From contig NC_087247.1 of NCBI RefSeq assembly GCF_037042905.1, positions 37,076,001-37,140,000 of the forward strand: a stretch of DNA of 64,000 nt, written 5' to 3'. The stretch is from Lytechinus pictus (Eukaryota). The notes under the pieces were generated by a model. It had not been told where the DNA came from. It saw only the letters and a program-made list of their open reading frames with translations, and made no database searches. Both the position numbers and the translations under genes were made by a program. Positions 22,966-35,606 of this stretch are shown here, in pieces (the stretch's first letter is position 1; the number at the start of each line of letters is the position of its first letter).

Positions 22966-24074
22966 CCTGTTTCATCTTGAGTGACCCAACTCATCTTACA
23001 CCCTCCCTGTCACATACTGGCATCTAATGATACCCTCCGAGAAATGAGTGTGTAAATTAATTCTCTAGCTGGTATATACAGTAAGAAGGCTCTAGCCTTT
23101 TTAAGTTTTTTGACATGTTAAAACTGATTTTATAGCATCTTACACTTAACCATATGGCAATAACTTGAAGATGAAGGCAACTCCAGTATCTGACAGGATC
23201 TTAAGATAAAAACTTAACTGATAAGAATCCTTCACCCATAATGTGTGACATGATGTGTAAGCATCCCAATTCTCCATTATCAACCCTTCTCGACTCCAGT
23301 TCTGTCACTCTATCCCCTTCCTTGTTACCCAATCTTCACTTTCCTTCCTTTCCCCCTCATCCTTCCTCATCTTGTCTCTCTTCATCCCAATTCCATTGCA
23401 CACAGTCCTACATTTACCATCCCTTTCCTTCAGATCAAGGCCCTTTTTTTAAAAAGTCCCAGGATAGTTGAAGGCACACTTGACTGATGAACTATCCCAT
23501 TATTACATTTGAGAAATGACGTCCATTAATCATCCACTCCCTGGCGAGACAATGTTTCCAACAAATCAAGGGCAACTTTTGCTAACCTTTGCCTCAACCC
23601 CCTCAGTATTATGTAAACTTTCAGTCATCGGATTGCACTTGGGTGCAAATTGATAGTTTTGACATTCAGTAATTGGGCAAACACTGCTGGGGTGATGCAC
23701 ATGACTTTTTAATGCATATGTTTTACGACATGCAGGCTGTATGACATGCATAGTTCAACAATTTAAAGAGAGAGCTTCTGAAAGAAAAGAAAGAATTTTC
23801 AGCATTCTGTCATGGAGTCACAAGAAAAATCTTCAGTCCCCTTTTGCTTACAATAGTCATGTACCATGTACTTAAAATATTAATCATGCCCATGGACACT
23901 TCATTAACAGTTACCAACTTCTTTGAATTGCTACATTAACTCATTATTATTCCAAGAAAATAAGCCTTCACCAGCATAACTCTATTCCTCAACACCCCAA
24001 ACAAATATGTTTCAATGATAAAACAATTTAAGTTGCCAACCATTATGATAATCATGATTTTCACTATCAAATTT

Positions 24075-24612
24075 ATGTTCTTAGTTTTTGAAAGCGAAAT
24101 AGGCTACGAGCACTAATTAAAGGCTGATGGATATAAAATGCATTCATAATGGACACATGGATGTTTATCTGAAACCTAACGGATAAAAACTGATGGAAGT
24201 GGATGACAGCTCCGAAGGGGTTACTGAGGGTTTTGAATACTTTTTTTACGAGATGCATATGCTTACATCCTTTCTATTTTCGTTGGTCAGCTGTAGTGGA
24301 TGTGAGTTGCGAGGATGCCAAGAGTATGCAGAGAGGATACAGCGGACGTTTAACAGATGATAATGGACATGGAACATTTGTTGCTAGTATATGTTGCGGA
24401 TTAACATTGTGCACGGCGGAAAGTTCATCTGTTCATTGTGCAGCTCAAAACTTTTTGCACAGATGAAATCATAGTGGACGGATGCTCGATGGATAGAACA
24501 TATGAAGCACGTATGCAATGAGTACGCAACGGATGCATAGTGTTTTCCAACAGATTTTTTTCCCGTTTTACATCCTCTTCGCATCCATAAGTGCCGTGGG
24601 ACCGGGCCTTAA
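24075..24612. mobile_element. One-ended non-autonomous DNA transposon fragment; left boundary approximate
   Basis: CpG-rich relative to flanks, repeated GGATG/CATCC motifs, ends ...GTGGGACCGGGCC|TTAA like a TIR; no matching left TIR seen. Confidence 0.55.
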
Positions 24613-25176
24613 AGAAGGTCAAAATGTTTTCCATTTCTTGTCAAATTGTTTCATAACCAAAGGCAAACTTTCCCTTTAACCATTTAACTACCTGCACATC
24701 TACCACTCACTGTGACTATTTGTTTTGGTTATGCCCAACATATTAATGTCTTTCTTTGCATATTGAGATCAAGACGGAATTGACTATGTCATAAATCTCT
24801 TGGATACTAGGCTTCATGCCTGGGAGCTCAGCTCACACTGCACAGTTCATCAGGGAGAACTAAAACAGCCGCTGTGCCATGTTGCATACAGCTTGTTAGT
24901 AAGAGCAAGTTTCAAGGCATCTGTTAAAAGATACTGAAATTATGCACTATGATTGGCTCAAAGGAAATTTATTATAGATTTAAATCCATAAACAATTTGT
25001 ACAAAACAAAGCCATCCAAAATTCCTAAGAATTACATATGAAAAATGTAAACTGTTGTTTATCCTGGTACGTATTTGAGTAATCATATATCTTATTGTTA
25101 ATGCTATTAAAACGTTTTTGTTGAAGACGTCTTGGTACAATTGAGGTATCTCGCATCCTGTGCTTTCAATACTCAC

Positions 25177-25315
25177 CATATAGGTGCACAGAGTTGATCC
25201 TGAGCCAAAGACCAGTTCACATTGCAGGGTTATATTGAACGCCTCTCCAGGTAATCTAACAGGCAGTGGGCGGGGTCCTGTTGGTTTGTCCAATAAGCAT
25301 TCACCATAGCCAAGA
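25177..25315 (-). CDS. ADAMTS9: ADAMTS9/20-like exon, 139 nt: LGYGECLLDKPTGPRPLPVRLPGEAFNITLQCELVFGSGSTLCTYM
   Basis: ctgcag|T...ATG|gtgagt; catalytic/disintegrin-like boundary. Confidence 0.95.
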
Positions 25316-28300
25316 CTGCAGATTTGAAAAGAAATGGATTGATAAAGAAATAGTGGTGAAAAACATTCAGATGACATGTAGCCTTCCCTACATTAACTTG
25401 AGCCCCACAATACATTCTTTCCATACCTCACTAACCCATTGTATTCTGAATCCGTGGTCCATATTTTAAGCCAAGGGGAATTAGAGAATTTGTGGTCCAT
25501 AGTTTCATGTTATAAATAAAAATCCTAAATTTGGATCTTAACTATTCAAATCGTAATAAAATGAAACATTTACATCTACTGATTCAATTTAACAGTCACA
25601 TTTGATGCTTCTTTTTTTTTCTTGGAACTTAGCCAGAATAATAATATTTAATACAATTAATAATTCACAAAACATGAGTATATTCTCTGATAATAGCAGA
25701 AATTTCATACTAGACTGATGCATATAAGCCCAAATGTATCATATTCCCTGCCTGCAAATACAGGACTTTCAACCATATAACCTAGATGATGTGAAACTAG
25801 AGCAGTCAGCAAAATCTAATTTCAGCTCTGAAACAATCTTCAAATTATGTACTCTCAACTCCAGCCCACCTATACTGTAACCTATCACTTGTAATCACCA
25901 TCAATCCATCACGCATTCAAGAATCCACTAACTCATCCCAATCATATTTTATCCATCACAATAGAAACAAAATTATTCTCCAAATGAGTTGCGTCAAGCA
26001 CTAACTCCTTCCGTCATTGTCTGCCGACACTGGCCATCAAAACACTTCAAAACTAATCAGACCTGGAAAGACAGAGGTCTTTATTCCTCTATTGGAATGT
26101 CCTCAGGAGAAATCAATTCTAATGCACAGACGACAATTGCTCAAAAAACAATCCAAGTTTAATACATGTCAGATGTAAGCGCACAATAATACATCCCTGA
26201 GCAGTCATAATATTCTCCCACACAACTGTCATGAAAAAGATTTCCTTTAATCTCTCCGAGACGACTTAATCAGGTTGAATAAAAGTATGTAACATTTCAA
26301 TGCACATGAACTGTAAACTGCAAAGCAAAGTATAGTAGGCTTATTCTAGCTGCTTACATGTCTGGGTCTTAAATATACTTTTAAATTTGATTAAGTATTA
26401 TCAAACTGTATCCAGCAAATGATTGGCAATATGATAAAATGTATGTATTCTCCATGTTCGGAATAAAAGCTTTTCTTTGTGCAGATTAAGACACCAATGT
26501 GGTATTCAGTTTCTCCTCTACCATACATTTCTGAATCATTGTCTCAAATGCCATCTTTTGACAAAATGTGCTGAAAAGTTTAGTTGACAGCACAGTTTAT
26601 AAACTTCACATGTAGGTTTCACATAAATCCAATGAAATTACATCTTTCACACCATGGCATGGTTTATCTCATTATTTCAATTGACCTACCACCCAGAAAC
26701 TTGCTTGTTTTGAATTTCTTAGTTTTATATAGAAAAATGCAAAAATGAGGTGTAAATGGCAGAGAAACCGAAAGTTCTCTAATCATTAGCATCTATTCAG
26801 GAAAACACTTTTTTCAAATCGATTTAATACATTAAAACAATCTACACACAAATATCTTAAAAATTGTGAAAATTAAGTGGGGAATAAATACCAAAATGAA
26901 TTTTACAACTTATTTATTCATTACTTAATTATTCAGTCATTTATCGATTCATGTCAAATATGCATGTTTGATCACTTGCTTGCTGGTAAATTTGCTGATA
27001 CTTATTAATAGGGGTTATTTTCAAGCAAGTCCTGTTGGTGCTTAATAAAACTGATCTTAAAGGATAATGCCTTACGATGGAATGGAATGCGAAAAAGCCT
27101 CGTAACTTCCCTCAATTATACTTATCATTAGTTAAACTTATCAATAGCAATGGCATGGATTAACATTCTTATTGCTAACATATTTTTTATGCAAAATGTT
27201 TTTTTTTACATTGGAAAGACGTTACTTGTACACTTTTACTTCTAGATTCTGAGTTCTGAGTTGCAGGATTCTGGCACTCCATGATCCAGTCCCATAACTT
27301 TACTGTCTCATTTATGACACATCCTTCCTTTAAAATCTATTTTCATTCATTAAAAATGTTCATTTCCATTTATGACAAGAGAATCACCACAGTATCAAAT
27401 CATGGAAAGATATTCAACCTCTTAATACACGTCACTCATTCTCATTGTAGATTCAAAATTGGAACCCTTTTTTCATGGATAGATCTTCCGGAGATAACAA
27501 GTTACAGGACAAAACAGACCAATTGGTTCAAAAGAGTACCAAACAAATTGCAATATATTCTAGGATTTCAGAACAAGATTTTGATCTCCAGTTGCAAGAG
27601 TTTAATCATACAGCCAAAATAGAATAGGGCCCGGTAAAACAAAGATTTGAAATCAATTGGAAGTTTTAAATAGTGATCCTGATTGGGTGATAGTGGGTGT
27701 GTTGAACAATTTGAGAATTCTACTATGACCTTCATTGGCCATTGCCAGTTTGTGATTGATTACAAAGCTTTGTGTTATGTAGACCTAGCTCAATTTTCTG
27801 AAGTTCAACAAGAGATGTCATATGAATATGATGAATGGAGGGAGGGGTTGAGTGTGAAGCAATGCTTTGAAAAGTTCATATTGTAAGACATCAGTGAACA
27901 GCCCGTCAAACAAGATCCGTGCAGAAATTTCGGGATGTCTTTGATAGATTCTAGAGAGCAAAGAGTCATGGTCATATAAAAATTCCACTGTGGAAATTGG
28001 GTCATTGATAAAGATAGCGCTTTGTAGATGGCTTACAACTCCAAGCACTGTGTTTATGACAACATAAATTGCCCTTATAATGGTAGATATTGTGTAACAT
28101 GATCCCACATCAAATTTCTCATATTTCAAAAAGAGTGACAAAAATAAATATGAAAATGCCTTGAATAACGTGGAGAAATTCCTCTTCAAGATTTGTCAAA
28201 TACGGAGTACTTTGGAATCAATTTACGGGACAAAGGCTGATGAGTGAATCCCTAAGCCGCAATTGTATCTGTGAGTGATATGAGCTTGTAGCGTCTTTCG

Positions 28301-29530
28301 TTGGGCAGTGTATTATCATTTTCCTGCTTGATCCCCCAATTGAAAACCCCTACGGGAGGCAGGCCCCAGGGATATAGCCCATCAACAGTATCACCCAATA
28401 TCAACACGCAATTGTCACCGAGCCACACAAAAACTTGATTGAAAATCAGAGATGAATAAAATAAGGAATTATTACATTTCATATCCCTCCTCCAGGGGCC
28501 CAGTGACAATGGATTTCATATCCTACTCATTTCCTTAAAAGTTACATCCATACTGGGTCATCCATGACCAAGTGCTTGTGACAAGCCAATCATTTGGATG
28601 AGAATTGTTCAAACTTTTTAGGGATCTATGAAATGAAAAATTTGAAAAGTACAGGAAAGGTTATTCAAAGTGCATTTATGTGATAAAATGCAATGAATAC
28701 AAACATACAGGATTTCGGTCAGCCAGTCATCATTTTTATGTCTATTCATTCATTCCATCGTTTTCCTTTTGCGGCAAAACAAATGACTCAACGAGCAGGT
28801 GAAAACTGAATTCTTCATCAGGTTATTTAGCAAATCAGCCATAAAGTGGCTGCTGTTGAAAACCCAGGACAACAAATGTTGATATTGGCTTTGAGCCCAA
28901 AGAAAAGAATCAAAAGGAAGCCTGAAGAATAGGGAACATAATATCCTCCTCCTAATCATCTTTAACCTCATTACATCTTTTGTAGCATGCAACAAAAACC
29001 AAACACATTTTCCATGCTTTAGTAGGTAGTATGAATTGCTTCAAAGACTGTTCATTCACCCATTTTTACATTGTCAGAATTCGGTATAAAAGGGCAACAG
29101 AGGGTCTTATCTTGTCCAAGGAAAGAAATATCTCCCAAATGTGAACTAGAGTTCAAACTTCATCAGGCTGCCGACACAGCATTATCCATTTACAGCTCTT
29201 GGCACATTGAGCAATGTCTCAATAAAATTCTGAATTATGATATTTCTAAATAAATTCAATATCCCCATGTCAAAAGGAAAAGGCCAATATATTTGTATAT
29301 ATTTAGGGCCGAAAGCTATCCCCATACACATGGTCAGACTGGAGAAATCATACAAGTTTTGGTAGAACAATTTTTCAAAAATGTATAGTCTAATATTTCA
29401 AAGCAGTAGTCATTAAGAAAAACACATTCCACTGGTAATGAGATGAGAGAAAAGGACAGTCGTTTTCAATTAGTCATGAAGATCTAAAGTAGACGTAAAG
29501 TCATTAAGATGTAGAATAGGACAAGTATGC

Positions 29531-29945
29531 GGAAGGGGAAACAAAGAAATGAAGAGGGAAGTGAGGGATAGGATGATAAAGGAAGTATAGGAAGTAAAGA
29601 TTAATAAGATAGGTTGAAGACCAGCAAAATGGGATAATCAAGAGGAGGTAAACATGGGTGGAGCATGAGAGCAGGGAAAAAGGAAATGGAAGAGAGTGAA
29701 AAGAGTGGAGAAGGGAAGAAAAATGAAGAGAGAAAATAGAGGGAGAAGCAGAAAACAGAGGTAGAAGGTAAGTAGATCAAAATATGGATGGGAAAAGAGG
29801 GACATTAAACATGAGGAGAAGGGGAGAGGAGGATGAAAGGAGGGGGAAATGATGAGGAGGGTAAATGGGAGGATGGGGAAAGGGGAGGAGGAGGTGGAAA
29901 GGGAAAAAAAGTAAAGATGAGGAGAGTGAGAAGATAAGAGAAGAT
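29531..29945. repeat. Polypurine (GA-rich) low-complexity tract
   Basis: About 410 nt strongly dominated by A and G on the + strand. Confidence 0.85.
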
Positions 29946-30008
29946 ATTTTAAATATGTGTCTAATGAGTTCTGAGTTGTATAGAATATTCATTTCCGTAA
30001 ATACTTAC

Positions 30009-30155
30009 TCTAAGAATTCTGTAAGTTGGTTTCTGCTGCACTTGGACCATTTCCATGGGCTAGAGTCGTAGTTTAGTGTTGGAGCCATTACAGCATATTT
30101 ACCTGCAACAATGTCATTCTGACATTTGTAGTTACTGTCATGAAGCATATTGAAT
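30009..30155 (-). CDS. ADAMTS9: ADAMTS9/20-like exon, 147 nt: FNMLHDSNYKCQNDIVAGKYAVMAPTLNYDSSPWKWSKCSRNQLTEFLD
   Basis: ttctag|A...TTAGA|gtaagt; third zinc His and Met-turn (VMAP); translated by hand, absent from the ORF track. Confidence 0.95.
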
Positions 30156-30598
30156 CTAGAATGCAAAGTTAGATGAAAAAAGGAAGAAAAAAAATAGTTT
30201 ATTATTTAATTTGAATATTAATGTATCGAAATGGCATACCATGCTCGTAATTGTTCCTTTCACTGTGCTAGAAATTCTCTTTTTTTCAAATTGTAGAATT
30301 CAAAATACATATCGAATTGCACCATTTAACCTTTATGTAATAAATATTGTCTCTATGGTTATCCATAGGTACATTTTAATCATTTTACTTCATGACTCAA
30401 TGTAGATGCTGTTCCAAGAACTTTTTTCAACAAATCAGAAAATTGACAAACATCTTTGCAGGAACAACCTCCAAAGAAAATATCCTGGGATTGATAGAGT
30501 AACTCCTCTTCCATCCTCAGTATGAAATCCTTTCCATCAACATAACTTGTTTCTATTTGTATTATCGGTAGAGATCTCCCACTTGGACTGAGTCAGAG

Positions 30599-31009
30599 TT
30601 AAAGGAGAGTGCAAGAAATACTATAAATTTTCAATCAGTGCATTGAAAAGAGTAATGTTAATGATCATGTCCATTTTCCAAAATAAACATAAAATGTGAT
30701 CATTCACCTTTCATATTAAACATATTGCCTTCTGTACAAATAACATTGACTGAAAAATGAATTTCTTGATATTTTCTGTGATGTAGGTCATCTCTTTGGA
30801 CAAAGAAAAGGTGAACCCACTATCATTTTGAATAATTCAGTATCAAAACAATAAATCAAATTGCCTGGTTGAAAACAGAGAAGAATTCAAATTGGTGTAA
30901 AACGATAAAATTAGTTTTCTTCTAAAAATCTGAAAAGTGTCATAACAAATTTATAAACCCAAAGTACAAAGTTTATGTTAGTATATTTTCAGTGATAAAC
31001 TCCCTTTAA
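30599..31009. mobile_element. Decayed Kolobok-like MITE
   Basis: TTAA|AGGAGAGT...AAACTCCCT|TTAA ends. Confidence 0.55.
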
Positions 31010-31054
31010 AAGTAAACAAATTTGAAAATATGAAGATTTTAATTAATATTTTAA

Positions 31055-31622
31055 AGGACAAGTCCACCCCAACAGCAAGTTGATTTGAATAAAAAGAGAA
31101 AAATCCAACAAAAATAACAATGAAAGTTTCATCAGAATTGGATGTAAAATAATGACATTTTTAAATTTTGCTTAATTAACAAAAAACAGTTATATGCACA
31201 TGCAAATGAGAGAACTGATGACATCACTATTTCTTTTGTATTTTATCATATGAAATATTCTAATTTTCTCCCCATTGTCCTGTGAAACAAAGTTTCATTT
31301 CTCCCTGAACATGTAGAATTACCATTGTTTAACATTTTATGGTTCAGTCAAGTTGGTCCTATATTGTCAAATATGTAAAAATTGAAATATTGTATAACTC
31401 AAACAACAAAAAACAAAAGAAATAGTGAGTGAGGGACATCATCGATTCTCTCATTTGCATGTGACTAAATTGTGCATACAACTATTTTGTGAAAAATAAG
31501 CGAAATTTTAAAATGTCAGTTTTCTTATTTTATATCCAATTTTGATGAAATTTTTAGCATTATGCTTGTCTGATTTTCCTCTATTGACTCAAATCAACAT
31601 TTTTCTGAGATGGACTTGACCT
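31055..31622. mobile_element. Kolobok-like fold-back MITE, 568 bp
   Basis: TTAA duplication at 31051-31054 and 31623-31626; TIRs AGGACAAGTCCA / TGGACTTGACCT; long imperfect internal arms (TGCAAATGAGAGAA / TTCTCTCATTTGCA; TCACTATTTCTTTTG / CAAAAGAAATAGTGA). Confidence 0.88.
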
Positions 31623-33814
31623 TTAAGTAAAGTTTCAATGAAAATACTAATGTCATTTTTAAAGATAATACACATAATTCATGAGTTCTAATACTATCAA
31701 TTTGTAACACAACTCTCACTTTCAAGTAACAATCGTTAAAAAAATGAGCCTAGCTCAGCAGTGCTAACCCGTCAAACAAGAGGATGAAATCAAAACTGCC
31801 AACCAAGTTGAAAGTCAATTTGTCACATCGTAAAACTTAGGGGGGCTTGCTAAACCAAAACGGTGTTACATCTCAATGTCAACTAGGAAACCAAACTGAC
31901 GCAAACAAGTTCAAAAGAGCATGAAATTTATGAGGCCATGGTCCATTAATGGACCACTGTGAACATGGTTGAAATCAGGCATAGTATGTACTTGACCTAC
32001 AGTGATAGAAACCAAATTGCTTTCTATTTAACCAATTCACCACATGCTCTGGAGAGGATGGACTTTGTTAAAGATATCACTTGCATTATACCTTCTCTAC
32101 ACTTTTGAACTCCCTAAATGAATATTCATTCTATAATTTGCTATAATATCAATTAACTGTGGTTTTATTTTATTCACTGATCACTTGTTTATTCTAGCAG
32201 TATTATTTGGTGCCTTTGTTGTAGGGAGGATGCCAGGTTGGTACATTCAATGGCCAAGGTTGTCCTTTGGATCATTTGTGTATTAATTTTAATAATCCAA
32301 CATTTTGGCTCAAATCGGTGACAAACATTGAATTCCTTAAGAAACTACCAACAGTAAATATGGTAGAACAATAGAACATGTTCTAAAGCCAGACCATATT
32401 TTGTTTTAATCACATTGGACTATCTTTCCCAAGATTTCAATGTCACAAATGTAAAGTCACCATTGATTTTCTTCATTAATTAATTTCATTCTTTATGAGA
32501 AATACCATATGTTGACTACCATTTCTGGTTCATTGTCTTTCACTAAGGCCATGTTTCATTTATTCTTTCAAATTTTCCCCCTCTCAGGAATGCTTTGTTT
32601 CATGTGGAGTTTTCAATGAAAAACCAACCCTATTCAGTATGTTAGATCTTTAGTCAATGGTCATCAGAAACCTATAATAAAACAGGTGGACAATAGAAAA
32701 TCTTTGCCTGATTGTCAGACTTATCTTGACCCAATTCATGAGGTTAATACAACATTGAGCAAGAGGGTGATACTCCCTATTTCAAAACAAAAATGCCTAT
32801 TTTGACAACAAATATTTAACAAAAACAAAGAGACTCAACTGTTGCCATGGTAACCATACCATCCCAAAAATGGAGTCTCCAGACCTACCCTTCTTGACCC
32901 TAAAATATGGCCATGGAAAAAATTGTCAATTTAAATGAAATATGGATGAAAGCTCCAGTCTTGTGTCATCATATTAGGATGAAAATCGGGCCATCTTTAA
33001 AGAGGAAATTCAGTGTTTTTCTGTAAATTCCTCCACAAAGCCTTCTCGTTCATCACATCATAGGCTACTCATCTTACTCAAAGAAAAAAAGCTTCAAGGT
33101 TTATTGCAACTTCCCTCCCTCACAAATTCCTTTTTATGATCATATAATAACCAATATATCAATATTACATCAAGAGGGGCTCATCTTTAAAACTGATTCA
33201 AGGTTTTTTGGTAAAAGTTTTCCATATGTGAAAACTTCATGCTCTAAATAAGAAAGCACCTTCATACATTGAGCAAAAGAAATCAGAGCAAAAGCAAAAT
33301 ATTGGTGGAAAATCCCTTAGTGAGCAACTTCTTTTAAAGAAACAAATATAAATCCCCATGAAATGTTTTCGACTATCACATTCAAACAAAATAATGACAT
33401 TTAAAATGCTTTCATTTCTTTAGGAAACTGAGAGGAAAATTCTTAAAACTTTGAAGAAAACAAAAAGTTTTTTTTTAAAGCCTTCTGTACTATATCCTCC
33501 AACAGAAGTCCTATAGGGCCTACAATTGTATTTCATTGAAACAAATTGACACATGAAAGTTTATCCAGTTGATAAATACCAGGATATTTGTAATTTACAC
33601 TGTAAATGGTGAAGATGCTTTTTGTATGTTTTTCTATCTAGCTTGAGCCAAATGTCAGGGGAATGAAACAACAAAGAGTAATTTCATAAATTTTGGTTCT
33701 ATTTTAAGTATCAGATTTATAATATTACAGGATATTTTCATTATGGAACGTTTTATTAAGTTTCTCATTCTTTCCCAATTCATACCTTCCCAACACAGTT
33801 TACAAACTACCATA

Positions 33815-34024
33815 GGGTTTTTCACAAGGAGTAAAGTATCACTTTATAGATTGCATAAACGCCAATGCACGTGTGAGATACTTATTACTTATAATAAAGT
33901 TATACATACATGCTAGCATGCATTCCTCAAGCATGATCTGCAAATGTGGTATTGTGTTCACTGCACGCAACTTGGAATTTAAATGTGATTTTCAGATTGC
34001 GCTTAACTCTTTGTTAAACACCCT
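33815..34024. mobile_element. Decayed Harbinger-like MITE
   Basis: GGGTTTTTCACAAGGAGTAAAG / CTTAACTCTTTGTTAAACACCC imperfect TIRs. Confidence 0.55.
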
Positions 34025-35218
34025 CCATGACTAATTCATACAATCTCCATAAACTAGTCATCAACAATTACCTTAGGTACAATAAGATATCAATGTATTT
34101 ATGATGAATACCTTTACTTTAAAATTGTCTTCTCATAACTCCTATCACATACACACAAGGACATATTATATGATGAAGATATTGTATTAGATAATACCAT
34201 GCCGAAGGGTTCTGAAACTAGGATGGCGAAGTGATAATTGAAATCACTTACACTCTCAAAATTGGAGCCACATTTTCAGGATTTTATCATTACAGAGTTA
34301 GTTTCAGGACAACAAACTTGAGATATCCTCCTATCATAGTCATACTAGATTCTATTAGCATGCATGTTTTTTTTGTAATCACTTCTTGGACTCAATAAGT
34401 ATACAATATTTTCAAAGGATGTAAAATTGTCATTTTTAATAGATTTGTCAAGTACATGTGGAAATATGAAGAAAAAAAAACTTATGGAAAGGAGGACACA
34501 TTTTAACCTGTAACATAAGAGAAAATTGTTATTACATTTTATATTGCAGGAAACGGAATTGAATAGAACTGATAAAATCTTTCATCAGGAAATAAAAATA
34601 AAAATGGCACAATAGTTCTAGGGACATCAGGGTAAATACAAAAAATCTCATCTTTAAATTAACCTTTCCTCATCTTATGAAGACAACTTCATCCCAGCTG
34701 AGTTGATAACTGCTGATAAATATCAGAAAAACCTTCACAAGTCTTATCAAAACGAAAGAGAGAAAAAAGGAAATGCACAACAGAATTCATTCAAGTAAAA
34801 TGACTGATGACATCTTTGAGTCCAAAATTTGTTTGAAGCCTGATTAACACCAGATTACACACTTGATAATGGATTGGTAAAAAACCTCAAACAACCAAAG
34901 GCAACCATATTATAACAGTTGGTTGGCAAATACTCAACAGCTATACAATGATGTCATATTGTCCATTGATGAGAAGTGACCGCAGCATGTCCAGTGATTC
35001 TGCAGAGTGACCAAATTCTCGGGTTCAGACTCTTTTCTAAATAATCTCAAAAGACCCTGAAAATGGAGGATCCTTGGTTAAAGCCTGTCAAAACCTCAGG
35101 TTAAGGGTCAATGATGTGAATAATACTCTAGTATTATTTCATAATTCTATCTTACATGTAGTAATTTTAATTGATTTTTTGATTCATGGATTTTTTATGG
35201 TAGTAGTGTGAATGTCAT

Positions 35219-35244
35219 TATATATATATATATATATATATATA
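35219..35244. repeat. (TA)n microsatellite
   Basis: About 13 TA units seen directly. Confidence 0.95.
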
Positions 35245-35529
35245 TTGAGCAGTAATGTTTTTATTTTTCTTGTCTTTCCAACAGCAAAGATTCAAGTTGA
35301 CCAAAATCTTCTCAGTCATGAAATTTGGGCTGCCTAATAGCTTTGAAATAGTTTTGAAATCTCATGAGACCATGAATTTAAGAATATTATTATTATTATT
35401 ATGTCTTGGCTGTTTAATGCAGCTCCTGCTGCTAAAAGGCATGAAAGTTTGTAATTAACAATGCAAGTTCATCTTAGAGGGACCTGGTAATGAGGATGAA
35501 TACCCTCTCAAAGTGAGTTAGCACACAGA

Positions 35530-35606
35530 CTAGGCATTGAACCTAGAAACTGGATTTTGAGACCATGGACCTAGTAGGGCCATGGTGAGACCAAGTGAGC
35601 TATCAC
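35530..35606 (-). mobile_element. Possible tRNA-derived SINE head
   Basis: Minus-strand A-box-like TAGCTCACTTGG and B-box-like GGTTCAATGCC about 50 nt apart; no cloverleaf. Confidence 0.35.

Noticed and set aside
22788-22994. Acidic 68-aa ORF
   Set aside because: Product of the (CAT)n microsatellite.
29777-30071. Pro/Phe/Ser-rich and Lys/Glu-rich ORFs
   Set aside because: Translations of the polypurine tract; the real exon 30009-30155 is a separate minus-strand reading frame.
31939-31956. 18-bp perfect palindrome TGGTCCATTAATGGACCA
   Set aside because: Isolated and short; about one such palindrome could occur by chance in a window of this size and composition.
35530-35606. Functional tRNA gene
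   Set aside because: A/B-box-like motifs only; no acceptor or anticodon stems.
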